From assembly GCA_963815115.1 (NCBI GenBank), contig CAWFFN010000005.1, forward strand, positions 1 to 64,000: DNA of 64,000 nt, written 5' to 3'. Below the pieces are notes generated by a model. The model saw only the letters and a list, made by a program, of their open reading frames with translations. It did not search any database and was not told the origin of the DNA. The position numbers were made by a program, and so were the translations under genes. Of the stretch, positions 1 to 10,670 are shown one piece after another (position 1 is the first letter of the stretch; every line of letters begins with the position of its first letter). This DNA is from an uncultured delta proteobacterium. Lineage in GTDB: Bacteria > Desulfobacterota > Binatia > DP-6.

Positions 1-461
1 AACTCGAAGCGACCGATCTGGCTCGTGGATGCGGCGTGGTCCGTCACCGTGCGGCCACCGACCACGCACCGCATCGCGGCATCGCGCCCGAGCCGGTCGG
101 CGTCGTTCACGTTCTCATAGCCGGCGAGCCGGCCGAAGACGGCTTGGCGGAACTGGGCGAGCAGCGTGTGGCGCCCGTCCTTCCCGGTGCGCGGATCGGT
201 GAGGACATCTGCAGCCAGCGCGGTCAAGCCGAGCGCGTCGTCGAGTTCCCGGCACGCGAGCAGCCCGGCATCGGAGGTGACGGTCACGCCGTGGAATTCG
301 AGCTTCAGGCGACGGTCGAATCGAGCCGGAGACCCTCCCTCTCGCTTTCACCCGTCGCCTCATCCATCGGCCGCCCCCTTCGTGACCGCCAAACCCTTGC
401 CGTTCATAGTCGATTCGGGCAGCAGCGTCATCAGCCGGCGCGGTCATCTGGGAAATGCGGG
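1..461 (-). mobile_element. IS1380-family element, 5' end; transposase (start 367) has a frameshift near 320 and runs off the window
   Basis: Minus-strand translation across one frameshift: MDEATGESEREGLRLD/FDRRLKLEFHGVTVTSDAGLLACRELDDALGLT...RQAVFGRLAGYENVNDADRL, typical IS1380 N-terminus; terminus-like CCCGCATTTCCCAGAT ends at about 461. Confidence 0.85.
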
Positions 462-741
462 CTCAGTCGACTCGCGCGGCGGGCTTCACCGCGCCTCGAT
501 CCTCCAAGGGTTCTCGACACAGCTCGGCGAAGGCGAACAGGGCCTGACTGGTCGCGCGATCTGCCTCTGCGACGATTGGTTCGCCTCGCGTGCCCGAGGA
601 AGCCGAGTCGATCCGTGCAGGAACAGATGCGCGCCCGAAGCGGACTCTGCCTTGCCGCTCGCGTCGCCAGGCTGGTGGAGTGGTGAACTCCTTGCTGGGC
701 ATCAGCCACCTACAGTCGACAGCACACCATGAGCAACGCGG

Positions 742-1222
742 ATGACGATATTCCTGATCGAGGAGGGGAACCTTCGCCCGCTCCCTGCACGCTCCTTTCG
801 GGCGGGCCTCTCATCGAGCGTTATCCAGAGGTCTTGCCTGGCAAGCAGATCGACCCGGGCAGCGACGATCCGCCTCGGTTCGCGCTCCTGCGTCGCGAGG
901 TGCCCGTCGCGGGCGGCTCGCTCGACCACCTGCTGGTCGACCAGCACGGCGTCCTCACGCTCGTCGAGACGAAGTTGGCCGAGAACCCCGAGGCCCGGCG
1001 TGAGGTCGTCGGTCAGATGCTGGACTACGCGCGAATGCCGAGCGGGAATGGGGCAACGGCGGGGCCCGGCGGCTCGCGCAAGACTACTGGGAGCGCCGTC
1101 AAGGCAACGTGGACGACGTGATCAGACGCCGGTTTGGTTCCGACCTCGAAATCGACACTTTCTGGACGACGGTGGAGCGGAACCTGCGCGACGCGATGAT
1201 GCTGCGCTTGTTCGTGCTGGCC
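742..1222 (+). pseudogene. Degraded PD-(D/E)xK (NucS/DUF91-like) endonuclease, frameshifted and cut by the IS110 remnant
   Basis: RREVPVAGGSLDHLLVDQHGVLTLVETKLAENPEARREVVGQMLDYA (D...ETK...Q..Y pattern); coding sequence is spread over several frames. Confidence 0.65.
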
Positions 1223-1578
1223 GGACGTCGGCGAACACCGCGAGCGCGGTGGCCGCGACGATGGAGCCGACGCCAGGGATGGTCTGCAGCCGGCGCATCG
1301 GCGTCGCAAAGCTCGTCTGCTGGAGCGCCGCGAGCATCGTGTCGAGGGCCGCGACCTGCTCGCGAGCACAGCGCCACAGGGCGCGGTGCTGCGCGACGTA
1401 GGTCGCGAGGTCGTCGTGGCCAGCGACGGCCACGAGCACTTTGGCCCACCCGACACGCCGCGAGCGCGGCGCGCGTGGTGGGAATCTCGCCCTGCGCGAC
1501 GCGTCGCCCCGCCGCGTCCTGGATCACGAAGGCGCTCTGCCGGCTGTGCACGTCCAGACCTACGTAGTACGATTCCAT
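1222..1578 (-). mobile_element. IS110-family recombinase remnant, internally deleted and 3' truncated
   Basis: MESYYVGLDVHSRQSAFVIQD (DEDD N-terminus) joined to RLQTIPGVGSIVAATALA (Transposase_20-like motif). Confidence 0.85.
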
Positions 1579-1579
1579 C

Positions 1580-1690
1580 GGGCTGTCCCTCCTCGTCTGC
1601 AGTGGGGCTCCGTGCTCGGATGACCCCGTGGTGTGCCGCGAACCTAGCGATCGCGGCGGCGGGGAGGACAGCCCGTCTTCATCGATACAA
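1580..1690 (-). ncRNA. Structured non-coding leader of the IS110 element (candidate bridge-RNA region)
   Basis: GGGCTGTCC (1580) and GGACAGCCC (about 1666-1674) form a stem that closes just before the recombinase start codon. Confidence 0.4.
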
Positions 1691-1732
1691 CTTGCGAAAA
1701 AGGGCCTTAATCTAGCCTTAATCTCGGCTATC

Positions 1733-1857
1733 TGCGGCAGCCGAAGTTCGTGGCGCACGAGGTCGCTGTGGCGAACACCAACTTCCCGGACGCCCGGCTC
1801 GTCGCGAAGTCGGTCACCGAGCTGTGCGTGCCCGCGCAGAAGGATCCCGCCCCGTGA
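1733..1857 (+). pseudogene. 3' remnant of a probable secreted repeat-domain protein
   Basis: LRQPKFVAHEVAVANTNFPDARLVAKSVTELCVPAQKDPAP*; no start, abuts the IS110 end. Confidence 0.4.
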
Positions 1858-1864
1858 GCCGGGC

Positions 1865-2245
1865 ATGACGGCGCTTGCCGATCGCCTGGCGGCCGTGTCG
1901 AGCTACTCGACGTGCCGCCTCACGCACCGGGGCCGCAGGAGCGGCAGGCCGTACCAGGTGGTCATCTGGTTCATGGTCGACGGCGACACCGTCTACCTGG
2001 CGACCGCGAACGCCTCGCGGCAGTGGGTGCGCAACCTGCAGGCGAACCCGTCGCTCTCCTTCGAGGTAGGAGGCGAGACGTTCGCCGGCACGAGCGAGCG
2101 CGTGAACGACGCGGCCGAAGAGCGCCACGTGATGGACCTGGTCGTGGCGAAGTACTGGTATCTCTGGCCGGCCCTCGCCCTCGCCCGCCTCCTGGGCTAC
2201 GACCCGAAGCCCGATGCGAGCTTTCGCGTGCGGGTGGCCGGGTGA
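1865..2245 (+). CDS. Deazaflavin-dependent nitroreductase-like (split-barrel, DUF385-type) protein
   Basis: LTHRGRRSG and WVRNLQANP motifs. Confidence 0.8.
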   Translation: MTALADRLAAVSSYSTCRLTHRGRRSGRPYQVVIWFMVDGDTVYLATANASRQWVRNLQANPSLSFEVGGETFAGTSERVNDAAEERHVMDLVVAKYWYLWPALALARLLGYDPKPDASFRVRVAG

Positions 2246-2368
2246 CAAGCCTATCCCTCGCTTGAGGCACCGGGAGGACGCCCGCCGCGGGCCAGACCGA
2301 CACGGGCTCTGCCATTCGCCCGCACATGAGCCCGCGTCACTGGTGCCGGCGGCTGTCGGCGTGTTCCG

Positions 2369-5097
2369 ATGACCGCCCAGCCCTGGCACGCGCAATCGAC
2401 ATCCGACGTCCTCTCGTCGGTCGCGAGCGACGCCACCGTGGGACTCGCTCCCGACGAGGCGCAGCGACGGCTGGACGCCGATGGGCCCAACACGCTTCGC
2501 GCGGGACGCGCGATCTCCGCGCTCGACATCCTGGCCGGGCAGTTCCGCAGCGTCGTCGTGTGGGTGCTGATCGGCGCGGCGGTCGTCGCGATCCCGATCG
2601 GCGAACCGATCGACGGCATGGCCATCCTGGGCATCGTGGCGTTGAACGCCCTGATCGGTTTCCTGCAGGAGTATCGAGCCGCACGAGCCGTTGCTGCGCT
2701 CGCTCGTCTCGCAGCGCCAGGCGCACGCGTGGTTCGGGGCGGGCGGGCCGTGGTGGTGCCTGCAGCCGAGGTCGTTCGAGGCGACGTCCTCGTCATCGAG
2801 AGCGGCGACCTGGTGGCCGCCGATGCCCGTCTCCTTGAAGCGACGACTCTGCGCACGAACGAGGCGGCGCTCACCGGAGAGTCAGAGGCCGTCGACAAGG
2901 ATACGGGGGCCTGCGTGCCCGACGCCCCCCTCGCCGAGCGGCGGAACATGGCCTTCTGCGGGACCACCGTCGTGCACGGCATCGGGCGCGCCGTCGTGGT
3001 GACGACGGGCATGACGACCGAAGTCGGGCACATCGCCACCCTTCTCGAGACGGCCTCCGCGGGCGAGACGCCACTCGAGCAGAAGATGGACCAGGCGGGC
3101 CGCCGGCTGCTCGGCGCATGCCTCACGATCGTGGCCATCGTGTTCGGCCTCGGGCTGCTGCGCGGGAGCCCGCCACTCGAGCTGTTCATGAGCGCCGTGA
3201 GCCTGGCCGTCGCCGCCATCCCGGAGGGTCTTCCCGCGATCGTGACCGTCGCCCTCGCGCTCGGCGTGCAGCGCATGTCACGGCGTGCCGCGCTCGTACG
3301 GCGGTTGGCGTCGGTCGAGACGCTCGGCTGCACCGAGGTCGTGTGTACCGACAAGACAGGCACGCTGACGGTAGGGGAGATGACGGTCCGGCGCCTCGTG
3401 ACCGGAGCCCGGACCTTTCACGTGACTGGGGAGGGCTATGCGACGGCGGGCGCCGTGCTCGCCGGCGGTGAGCCGGTCCCGCCCGAGGGAGAGGCCGTCC
3501 TTTGCGAGCTGCTCCGCGCCGCGGCTGCGTGCAACGACGCGGAGCTCGCACGAACCGACGGCCGGCCGGCGATCGTCGGTGATCCCACCGACGGCGCACT
3601 CCTGGTCGCTGCGGCCAAGGTCGGAATCATGCGCGAGGCGCTCGAGCGGGAGATGCCGCGGCGTCGGCGGTAGTCCCTTCGACTCCGACCGTAAGCGCAT
3701 GAGCGTCGTGCGGCGTCGAGACGGGCAGCTCTGGGCGTTCGTCAAGGGCGCGCCGGAGGTGATCCTCGAGCGCTGCACCACGATCCGGATGCCGCACGGA
3801 ACGGAAGCGCTGGGCAAGCCGATGCGCGAGCGGATGCTCGAGGCGAGCACGCTCCTCGCAGGCGATGCGCTCCGCGTCCTGGCGCTCGCCGAGCGGCCGC
3901 TCGACGACCTTCCTATTGGCGGCGACGCCGAGGAGGAGCTCACGCTCCTCGGCCTCGTCGGCATGCAGGACCCGCCGCGGCACGAGGCGGCGGACGCGGT
4001 CGAGCGCTGTACCCGTGCCGGCATCCGGACGGTGATGATCACCGGAGACCACCCCGACACCGCCCGAGCCGTCGCAGGCGAGCTCGGCATCCTGAGAAGG
4101 GGGGACGCGGTGCTGACGGGGCGGGAGCTCGAGGCAATGTCCGACGAAGAGCTCCGCTTCCGCGCGCCCGAAGTGTCCGTCTATGCGCGCGTCACGGCGG
4201 AGCACAAGCTCCGCATCGTGCGTGCGTGGAAGGCGAACTGGCGCCGTCGTGGCCATGACCGGCGACGGCGTGAACGACGCCCCGGCCCTGAAGGAGGCGT
4301 CGATCGGGATCGCCATGGGCATCTCAGGCACCGAGGTGACGAAGGAGGCGGCCGACCTGATCATCACCGACGACAACTTCGCATCGATCGTCGCCGCGGT
4401 GGAGGAGGGGAGGGGCCTGTACGAGAACATCCTCAAGACCCTCGGCTATCTCTTGACGGGGAACGCGGCGGAGCTGGCGGTCATGCTCTTCGCCGGCGTC
4501 TTCGGGTGGCCGATTCCGCTGCTGCCAATCCAGTTGCTCTGGATCAATCTCGTGACCGATGGTCTCCCAGCCCTCGCGCTCGCCACGGATCCGATCGACC
4601 CGAGCGTGCTCGATCGGCCGCCGCGGCGCGCGCACGAGGCGGTGCTCGATCGGCGCCGCCTCGGGTGGATCGCGTTCAGCGGCGGGATGGGGGCGACCGT
4701 GACCCTCGTCGCCTTCGGCAGCGAGCTCGCCCGCGGTGGTCTCATCCAGGCCCGGAACGCCGCCTTCACGGTGCTCGTCTTCGAGGAGCTCGTGCGCTCG
4801 TTCAGCGCGCGCAGCGATACCAAGACCGTGTGGGAGATCGGCTTCCTCTCCAACATGCGGCTGCTGGCCGTCGTCGCCGGCACCTTCGGCGTACAGCTCG
4901 CCATCCATCAGGTGCCCGCGCTGTCGGCCCTCTTTCAGGGCGGCCCGGTCACGCTCGACCGGTACGTCGTCTGGGGGGGGCTGGCGCTTGTGCCGGTGTC
5001 CGTGCTCGAGCTCATGAAGCTCGCACGCCGGCGATCCGGTCGCCGCCGGGCACTCCGCCAGGTCACGGCCGGCGAGGCGCAGACCCCACTGCGATAG
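2369..5097 (+). pseudogene. Cation-transporting P-type ATPase (P2A-like), frameshifts near 3670 and 4240
   Basis: LTGES, PEGLP, DKTGTLT, MITGD, GDGVNDAPAL, WINLVTDGLPALAL spread over three ORFs. Confidence 0.9.
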
Positions 5098-5207
5098 GTC
5101 ATCGGCAGCCGCAGCGAGGCCGCAACCTCGAACAGCGCGTGTCGGCGCAACAATGGCGCGCCGCCCCGGGCGGCGAGTCAGACCCGGGGTGCCCGTCTGT
5201 TGGCGAA

Positions 5208-5963
5208 CTACCGACTCTCGGCAGGCTCGCCTGACGGCTGCTCCCTGACGCGGTCGCGGAGCGGGTGAGCGACCACGAGCTGCATCGGCATCGCCCCCGT
5301 GGCCGGCTCCGCGTCTGCACTGAAGCCAGCCTCGTGCAGGAGCCGCACGAGCCCGCCGCTCACGACCTCTCGAGCATAGGCAGGCTCTCCGATCCAGAGA
5401 TAGAGATCGATGAGGAAGCCGAAGCGCGGCGGCCGATCCAGATCGGCGACGATGAGCCGGCCCTCGGGCCGGAGCACGCGGCGGATCTCCTCCAGCGCAC
5501 GCCGCCGTACGGCCGTGGGGAGCTCGTGCAGACCGTAGGAGACGCTCACCGTCTCGAAGCTTCGGTCCGGAAACGGGAGGCTGCCCGCGTCACCGCGGAC
5601 CAGAGTGGCGTTGCGGATGCCATGCCGAGCAAGCTTCCACTTCCCCACCCGCAGCATCTCGGGCGAGATATCCAAGCCGACGATCGCGAGGTCGGGTCGC
5701 ACCCGCGCCACGAGGGCCGGCACGAGGGCCGTGCCGGTGCAGAGATCGAGCAGCCGTTCGCCGCCGGGAGCGATCCTGCGTGCGATCTCCGCATGCGGGT
5801 TGGCCGGCAGGAGCCGGTAGAAGCCGTCGTAGATCGGGCTCAGCAAGAAGAACTTCACGCGGTTGCGGATCTCCGGCCGGCGACCCGTCACAAGATCGGA
5901 GAGGTCGCGTCCCAGACCCATGCCGTTCCCTTCGAAGGCGTGTACCCGACGCCGCTGGTGCAT
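5208..5963 (-). CDS. Class I SAM-dependent methyltransferase (UbiE-like)
   Basis: LLDLCTGTA, GLDISPEML, GDAGSLPFPD, EIRRVLRPEG; true start may be 5921. Confidence 0.85.
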   Translation of the reverse strand: MHQRRRVHAFEGNGMGLGRDLSDLVTGRRPEIRNRVKFFLLSPIYDGFYRLLPANPHAEIARRIAPGGERLLDLCTGTALVPALVARVRPDLAIVGLDISPEMLRVGKWKLARHGIRNATLVRGDAGSLPFPDRSFETVSVSYGLHELPTAVRRRALEEIRRVLRPEGRLIVADLDRPPRFGFLIDLYLWIGEPAYAREVVSGGLVRLLHEAGFSADAEPATGAMPMQLVVAHPLRDRVREQPSGEPAESR

Positions 5964-6002
5964 GGCAATCCAGCACAGGGCGCCGCCGCGGCCGCAAAGG
6001 GC

Positions 6003-6401
6003 TCATCCGCGAGTCGCGCTCGTCTGCGCGCCCCGGCTATGTCCGGGTCCCGCTCGCTCGACGCGACTCACCAGCGGAGCGGCCGCGAGGGCAAGGACGG
6101 CCACCAAGCCGACGATGCCGAGCGCGAGGCGCACGCCGGAGCCCTCACGTGGTTGGCCGCGCACCACACACACGATCCACTTCCAATGCAGGAGTACGTG
6201 CACCGACAGCGCGCCCAGGAGCGCCGTGGCCATCCAGAAGTGGACGCCGCCCCAGTCGTGGCGGCCGAGCCCCCAGATCGTCATGCGGTGGCCACTCCCC
6301 GGCGGCAGGACGAAGCGGAGCAGGACGCCGCTCGCGGTCATGAAAACGAAGCCGCAGAAGGCGATCGCGTCGACGACGAAGTTGAGCGCGGGACGTCTCA
6401 C
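6003..6401 (-). CDS. DUF4405-like membrane protein
   Basis: NFVVD...SGVLLRFVLPPGSG...WGLGRHDWGGVHFW...HVLLHWKWI. Confidence 0.75.
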   Translation of the reverse strand: MRRPALNFVVDAIAFCGFVFMTASGVLLRFVLPPGSGHRMTIWGLGRHDWGGVHFWMATALLGALSVHVLLHWKWIVCVVRGQPREGSGVRLALGIVGLVAVLALAAAPLVSRVERAGPGHSRGAQTSATRG

Positions 6402-6447
6402 AGGCGCCAGGACATCTTCCTCGCAACGCCGGGCGGAGCAAGTCGCC

Positions 6448-6555
6448 CCGCGCAGCGCGTGCACCTCCACCTCACCGAGCCGGTGCACCTTCGTGAGGCC
6501 GCGCGCGACCAGCACCGGCGCCGCGGTCTCCTCGGCGCGACCGCCTTCGTCCATC
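6448..6555 (-). pseudogene. 5' fragment of a LolD/MacB-type ABC ATPase
   Basis: VLVARGLTKVHRLGEVEVHALRG, then similarity stops before Walker A. Confidence 0.6.
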
Positions 6556-6757
6556 GCCCGGCGATCGAGCCAGAGCGCCGCCCCGCCGGTCAAACCGGTC
6601 GGTCGATTCTCGACGGTGCGACGCTTCGCGCGATCGGTTCGACGTGCATCAGAGCACGCGGATCCAGCGTCATCGACACGGACGTGTCCTGGTTGAAGTA
6701 GCTCCCCGGGCTGCGCCGTCGACACCAAGTTGGCACTAGCTGATATATGCCGATCCC

Positions 6758-7147
6758 ATGGTCCGACTCCTCGCCGCTCTGGGACTGCTCCTCGCCGGCT
6801 GCGCGCGCGAACCGATCTATCCGCAGCACGGGGAAGCGATGTACGTCCGGTACTGTGCGTCCTGTCACGGGGTGACGGGGAAGGGCGATGGCCCCGCCGC
6901 CGCGCTGTCGCCGCCGCCGACGGACCTGACGAAGTCCGACCTGAGCCTCGCCGAGTTGATGAAGGTGATCGACGGCCGCCGCACCGTGCGTGCGCACGGC
7001 ACGGCGGCGATGCCGGTGTGGGGTGAGGTGTTCGAGCAGACGGCCGCGGATCCGGGGCGCGAGCATCGCCAGGCCCTGCGGGACGTGCAGGCCGTGGCGG
7101 AGTACGTCCAGGCGCTCCAGGCGCGCGCCAGGCAAGGAGGGACGTGA
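6758..7147 (+). CDS. Monoheme cytochrome c lipoprotein
   Basis: Lipobox LAGC, CASCH heme motif, AHG..MPVWG axial Met. Confidence 0.9.
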   Translation: MVRLLAALGLLLAGCAREPIYPQHGEAMYVRYCASCHGVTGKGDGPAAALSPPPTDLTKSDLSLAELMKVIDGRRTVRAHGTAAMPVWGEVFEQTAADPGREHRQALRDVQAVAEYVQALQARARQGGT

Positions 7148-7152
7148 CGCGG

Positions 7153-9708
7153 TCAGCGAGCGGCCCGCTCGGGTCGCCGGGATCGCGATCGGTCGAGCAT
7201 CTTGACGACCTCGAGCCACGCGACGCTCGCGATCCCGGCGGCGAAGCAGATGGCGATGTCGGGAGGATGCAGCAAGGAGATGCGGAACAGGGTCCGCAGG
7301 ACGGGAACGTAGAGGACCAGACCGAGCAGGAGGAACGTCCCGCCGACGACCCACCAGAGGGCGCGATTCGGCACCCGCATCGCTTCGAGCGCGGGGCGGG
7401 TCGAGGACCGGTTCACCAAGATCAGGCCGAGGTTCGCGACGATGAGGGTCGTGAAACCCAGGGCACGCGCGTCCGGCTCGCCCTGCCCGCGGTTGAGCGC
7501 GACCACGAAGACCGCAACCAGCATCAGCAGGACGCTGCCCCCGCGCAACAGGCTCGTCTCGAGAAGCTGCCGCCCGAAGAGTCGCTGCTCCGGGCTCCGG
7601 GGTTTGCGGCGCATGACTGCAGGGTCCGCGGGTTCGCCTTCGAAGACGACCGAGCACGCCGGCTCGATGATCAGGTGCAGGAAGGCGATGTGCACCGGCA
7701 GCAGGATGAGCGGAAGCCCGAAGAGCACCGGCACGAGCGAGATCCCGGCGATCGGGACATGAACGCCGAGCACGTAGGCCATGGCGTTCCCGAGATTGTC
7801 GAACACCCGACGGCCCTGCCGGATGGCGTGGACGATCGACGCGAAGTCGTCGTCGAGGACCACGAGAGCCGACGCCTCGCGTGCGACATCGGTCCCGCGT
7901 CCCCCCATGGCGATGCCGATGTCGGCCGCCTTCAGCGCCGGGGCATCGTTGACGCCGTCCCCCGTCATGGCGACGATCTCGCCGTTCAGCTTCAGTACCT
8001 GGACGATGCGCAGCTTCTGCTCGGGGACGACGCGCGCGAAGATGTGGGTGGTCTGCACGCGCTCCCGGAGCTCGGCATCGCTCAACCGATCGAGTTCCAT
8101 CCCCGTCAACACGCCGCCGCCGCCCAACCCGATCTGCCGCGCGATGCTCCGGGCGGTGTCCGGATGATCCCCGGTGATCATCACCACCCGGATCCCCGCC
8201 GTCGCGCATTCCCGCAGGGCATCCGGGACCGTCTTCCGGATCGGGTCGGCCAGCCCGGCCAGTCCCACGAACTCGAAGACGAAGTCGTGCTGCTCGCTCG
8301 GTAGCGCACCGGTCGGGATGCGTGCGCGAGCCACGCCGAGGACGCGCAGTCCCTCTGCAGCCATGGTTTCCACGCGCTCCAGGAGCGCGTCCTGCTCGGC
8401 CGCGGGGAGATGGCACAGATCCGCGACGGCCTCCGGCGCCCCCTTGGCGGCGATGAGGGTCTCGCGGCCATCGGGGGATCGCCACACGTGTGAGAGCGCC
8501 ATGAGCCGGTCGGAGAGCGGGTACTGCCGGACCAGCACCCAGTCAGGATGCTGATGCTCGCTCCCGGCAAGCCACCCGTCACAGAGCGCCTTGAAGGCCT
8601 TCTCCATCGGATCGAACGGATCCCGCTGGCTCGCCAGCACCCCGAACTCGACGAGCTCGTGAAACGGCTCGGGCAGTGGTGTGCTGGGGTCGGGCGGGAC
8701 GTCGAGGAAGCGACCGCGAGCGAAGAGCTTTCGGACCGCCATCTGGTTGAGCGTCAACGTGCCGGTCTTGTCGACGCAGAGCACGGTGGCGGAGCCGAGC
8801 GTCTCGAGAGCCGGGACCCGCCGGGTCAGAACGTGCTGCTGAGCGATGCGCCAGGCGCCAAGCGCCAGGAAGATCGCCAGGATCGCCGGAAACTCGTTGG
8901 GCAGGATGGCCATCGCGAGCGTGAGCCCGGCGAGAAATCCGCCCAGCCAGTCCGCACGGGAGAGGCCGTAGGCAATGACGATCAGCGTGCAGAGGCCCGC
9001 GCCGATCACGGCGAGACGTCGCACGAGCACGGCGGTCTCCCGCTGGAGCGGGCTGCGCTCCGCCACCAGCGTGTGCAGGGCCGTCCCGATGCGACCCATC
9101 TCGGTGCGCGAGCTCGTGGCCTGCACGATCCCCACGCCATGCCCGTGTGTGATCAGCGTGCCCGCGTAGACGAACGGTGAGGCCTCGCCCGCTGGGCGTT
9201 CGATGGGCCTCGCCCCGTCCCAGACAGCCTTTCGCACCGGCACCGACTCGCCGGTGAGCAACGACTCGTCGGCGGAGAGGTTGAGGCAGGACAGCAACGC
9301 CGCATCCGCCGGGACGCGATCCCCTTCGGAGAGCACGAGGACGTCTCCCCGCACCACCTCGCGGCCGGCGATGCGCCGCCGGACTCCATCCCGCACCACG
9401 AGAGCACGAGGACTCGACAAGTCTCGCAGCGCCGCGAGCGTGCGCTCGGTCTTCTGCTCCTGGTAGAGGGTGATCGCCGCCACGAGCACGACGAAACCCA
9501 GCAGGATGGCTGCCTCGTGGACGTCGCCCACGAGGACGTAGATGCCCCCGCAGCCGAGCAGCAACAGGAACATCGGCTCGCCGAGGACTTCGCCCGCTGC
9601 GCGCAGGAGCCCCGACCGATCGGACGAAGGCAGTTCGTTGTAGCCCTCCGCCGCGAGGCGCTCTCGTGCCTCCTGCTCGCTGAGCCCGGGGGAGGAGTCG
9701 GCCACCAT
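7153..9708 (-). CDS. Cation-translocating P-type ATPase (intact)
   Basis: LTGES, LPNEFP, DKTGTLT, GDGVNDAPAL; start placed at MVADSSPGLSEQEA. Confidence 0.92.
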   Translation of the reverse strand: MVADSSPGLSEQEARERLAAEGYNELPSSDRSGLLRAAGEVLGEPMFLLLLGCGGIYVLVGDVHEAAILLGFVVLVAAITLYQEQKTERTLAALRDLSSPRALVVRDGVRRRIAGREVVRGDVLVLSEGDRVPADAALLSCLNLSADESLLTGESVPVRKAVWDGARPIERPAGEASPFVYAGTLITHGHGVGIVQATSSRTEMGRIGTALHTLVAERSPLQRETAVLVRRLAVIGAGLCTLIVIAYGLSRADWLGGFLAGLTLAMAILPNEFPAILAIFLALGAWRIAQQHVLTRRVPALETLGSATVLCVDKTGTLTLNQMAVRKLFARGRFLDVPPDPSTPLPEPFHELVEFGVLASQRDPFDPMEKAFKALCDGWLAGSEHQHPDWVLVRQYPLSDRLMALSHVWRSPDGRETLIAAKGAPEAVADLCHLPAAEQDALLERVETMAAEGLRVLGVARARIPTGALPSEQHDFVFEFVGLAGLADPIRKTVPDALRECATAGIRVVMITGDHPDTARSIARQIGLGGGGVLTGMELDRLSDAELRERVQTTHIFARVVPEQKLRIVQVLKLNGEIVAMTGDGVNDAPALKAADIGIAMGGRGTDVAREASALVVLDDDFASIVHAIRQGRRVFDNLGNAMAYVLGVHVPIAGISLVPVLFGLPLILLPVHIAFLHLIIEPACSVVFEGEPADPAVMRRKPRSPEQRLFGRQLLETSLLRGGSVLLMLVAVFVVALNRGQGEPDARALGFTTLIVANLGLILVNRSSTRPALEAMRVPNRALWWVVGGTFLLLGLVLYVPVLRTLFRISLLHPPDIAICFAAGIASVAWLEVVKMLDRSRSRRPERAAR

Positions 9709-9730
9709 GTCGGGCCGTGAGGCCCGCCGT

Positions 9731-10225
9731 TCAGTCGTCGACGTCACCTCCGAGTCTGCCGGGACTCCTCCCACTGTAGGCGGCTGCTGCACCCTGTTGG
9801 TATACCAGCGCGCCGCCGGAATGCCCGACCCACCAGGCACCCGCGACCACTGCCCCGCTGGCCATGGTGGCCGCCACTGCCATGGCGAGCATCGCTTTGC
9901 GGCCGCGAACGAGCAGGACCCCGAGCCCCACCGCGGCGGAGAGCCCCGCGAGCCAGGTGAACGCCTCCGCGGCTTCCTCGTGCAGCTCGACGGTGGCTTC
10001 CGACGTGACATTCTCGACCCGTTCCTCCTCGGCGCGGCCCGTGCGCAGGGCCACGAGTGCACCCACGAGCACGACGGCCTGGACGAAGACCACCACGCTC
10101 CACATGCGGCGGTCGGCCCATCCGCGCCACAACGCGGTCAGGAGCAGACCTGCCAACACCGGCGTCACCACCGCCAGACCAATGGGGATGTGGACCACCG
10201 CGGGGTGCAGGGGCATACTGGCCAT
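9731..10225 (-). CDS. DUF2231-like membrane protein
   Basis: PLHPAVVHIPI, HEEAA, GHSGGALVY. Confidence 0.75.
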   Translation of the reverse strand: MASMPLHPAVVHIPIGLAVVTPVLAGLLLTALWRGWADRRMWSVVVFVQAVVLVGALVALRTGRAEEERVENVTSEATVELHEEAAEAFTWLAGLSAAVGLGVLLVRGRKAMLAMAVAATMASGAVVAGAWWVGHSGGALVYQQGAAAAYSGRSPGRLGGDVDD

Positions 10226-10361
10226 GATACGTCTCCTTTCGTCCGTCGCCCGTCCTCGGGCGAATGCATGAGAAGCGTGACACCGGCGCGGCACGGGAAA
10301 AAATCCGTCACGCGACGCAGGACTCCCTCCCCAGCGGGGTCCCGTGCTTGCGATACCGGAT

Positions 10362-10670
10362 ATGCCGAATGACGGAGAGACCCGACGCGCCCTGGCAACG
10401 TCGGCCGTCCTGTTCGTCCTCATCCTGATCGTGATCGGCTCCGATCTCCTGCAGGACTGGGCCTCCGGCGTGTCTCCGCTGCACGTCATGAGCGAGCTCG
10501 TGGTCCTGCTCGTCGCTGCGGCCGCGGCGTCGCCTCCCTCTGGGTACGGTCCAGACGCCTTCGTCGCGAGCCCGCCGCCTCGGGGTCCACCCCCGCGAAG
10601 CCACCGCGGATGCGGAGCTCTGGCGAGCGGAGGCGGAGGCGCTCCTCCTTCGGGAGCCGGAAGCGTCTGG
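10362..10670 (+). pseudogene. N-terminal membrane part of a probable LuxR-type regulator, frameshifted and truncated by the IS
   Basis: Two TM segments (SDLLQDW...LHVMSELVVL) then ELWRAEAEALL in another frame; no HTH remains. Confidence 0.5.

Noticed and set aside
36-686. Plus-strand 216-aa ORF
   Set aside because: Shadow of the minus-strand IS1380 transposase
742-1222. Nuclease as part of a defence system
   Set aside because: Fragmented, IS-truncated and without partner genes
1704-1724. Tandem 10-bp repeat GCCTTAATCT
   Set aside because: Could be an excision footprint or IS-end feature but too short to interpret
2369-5097. Programmed frameshifting in the P-type ATPase and other split genes
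   Set aside because: No slippery-site pattern; multiple lesions fit decay, although some single indels could be sequencing errors
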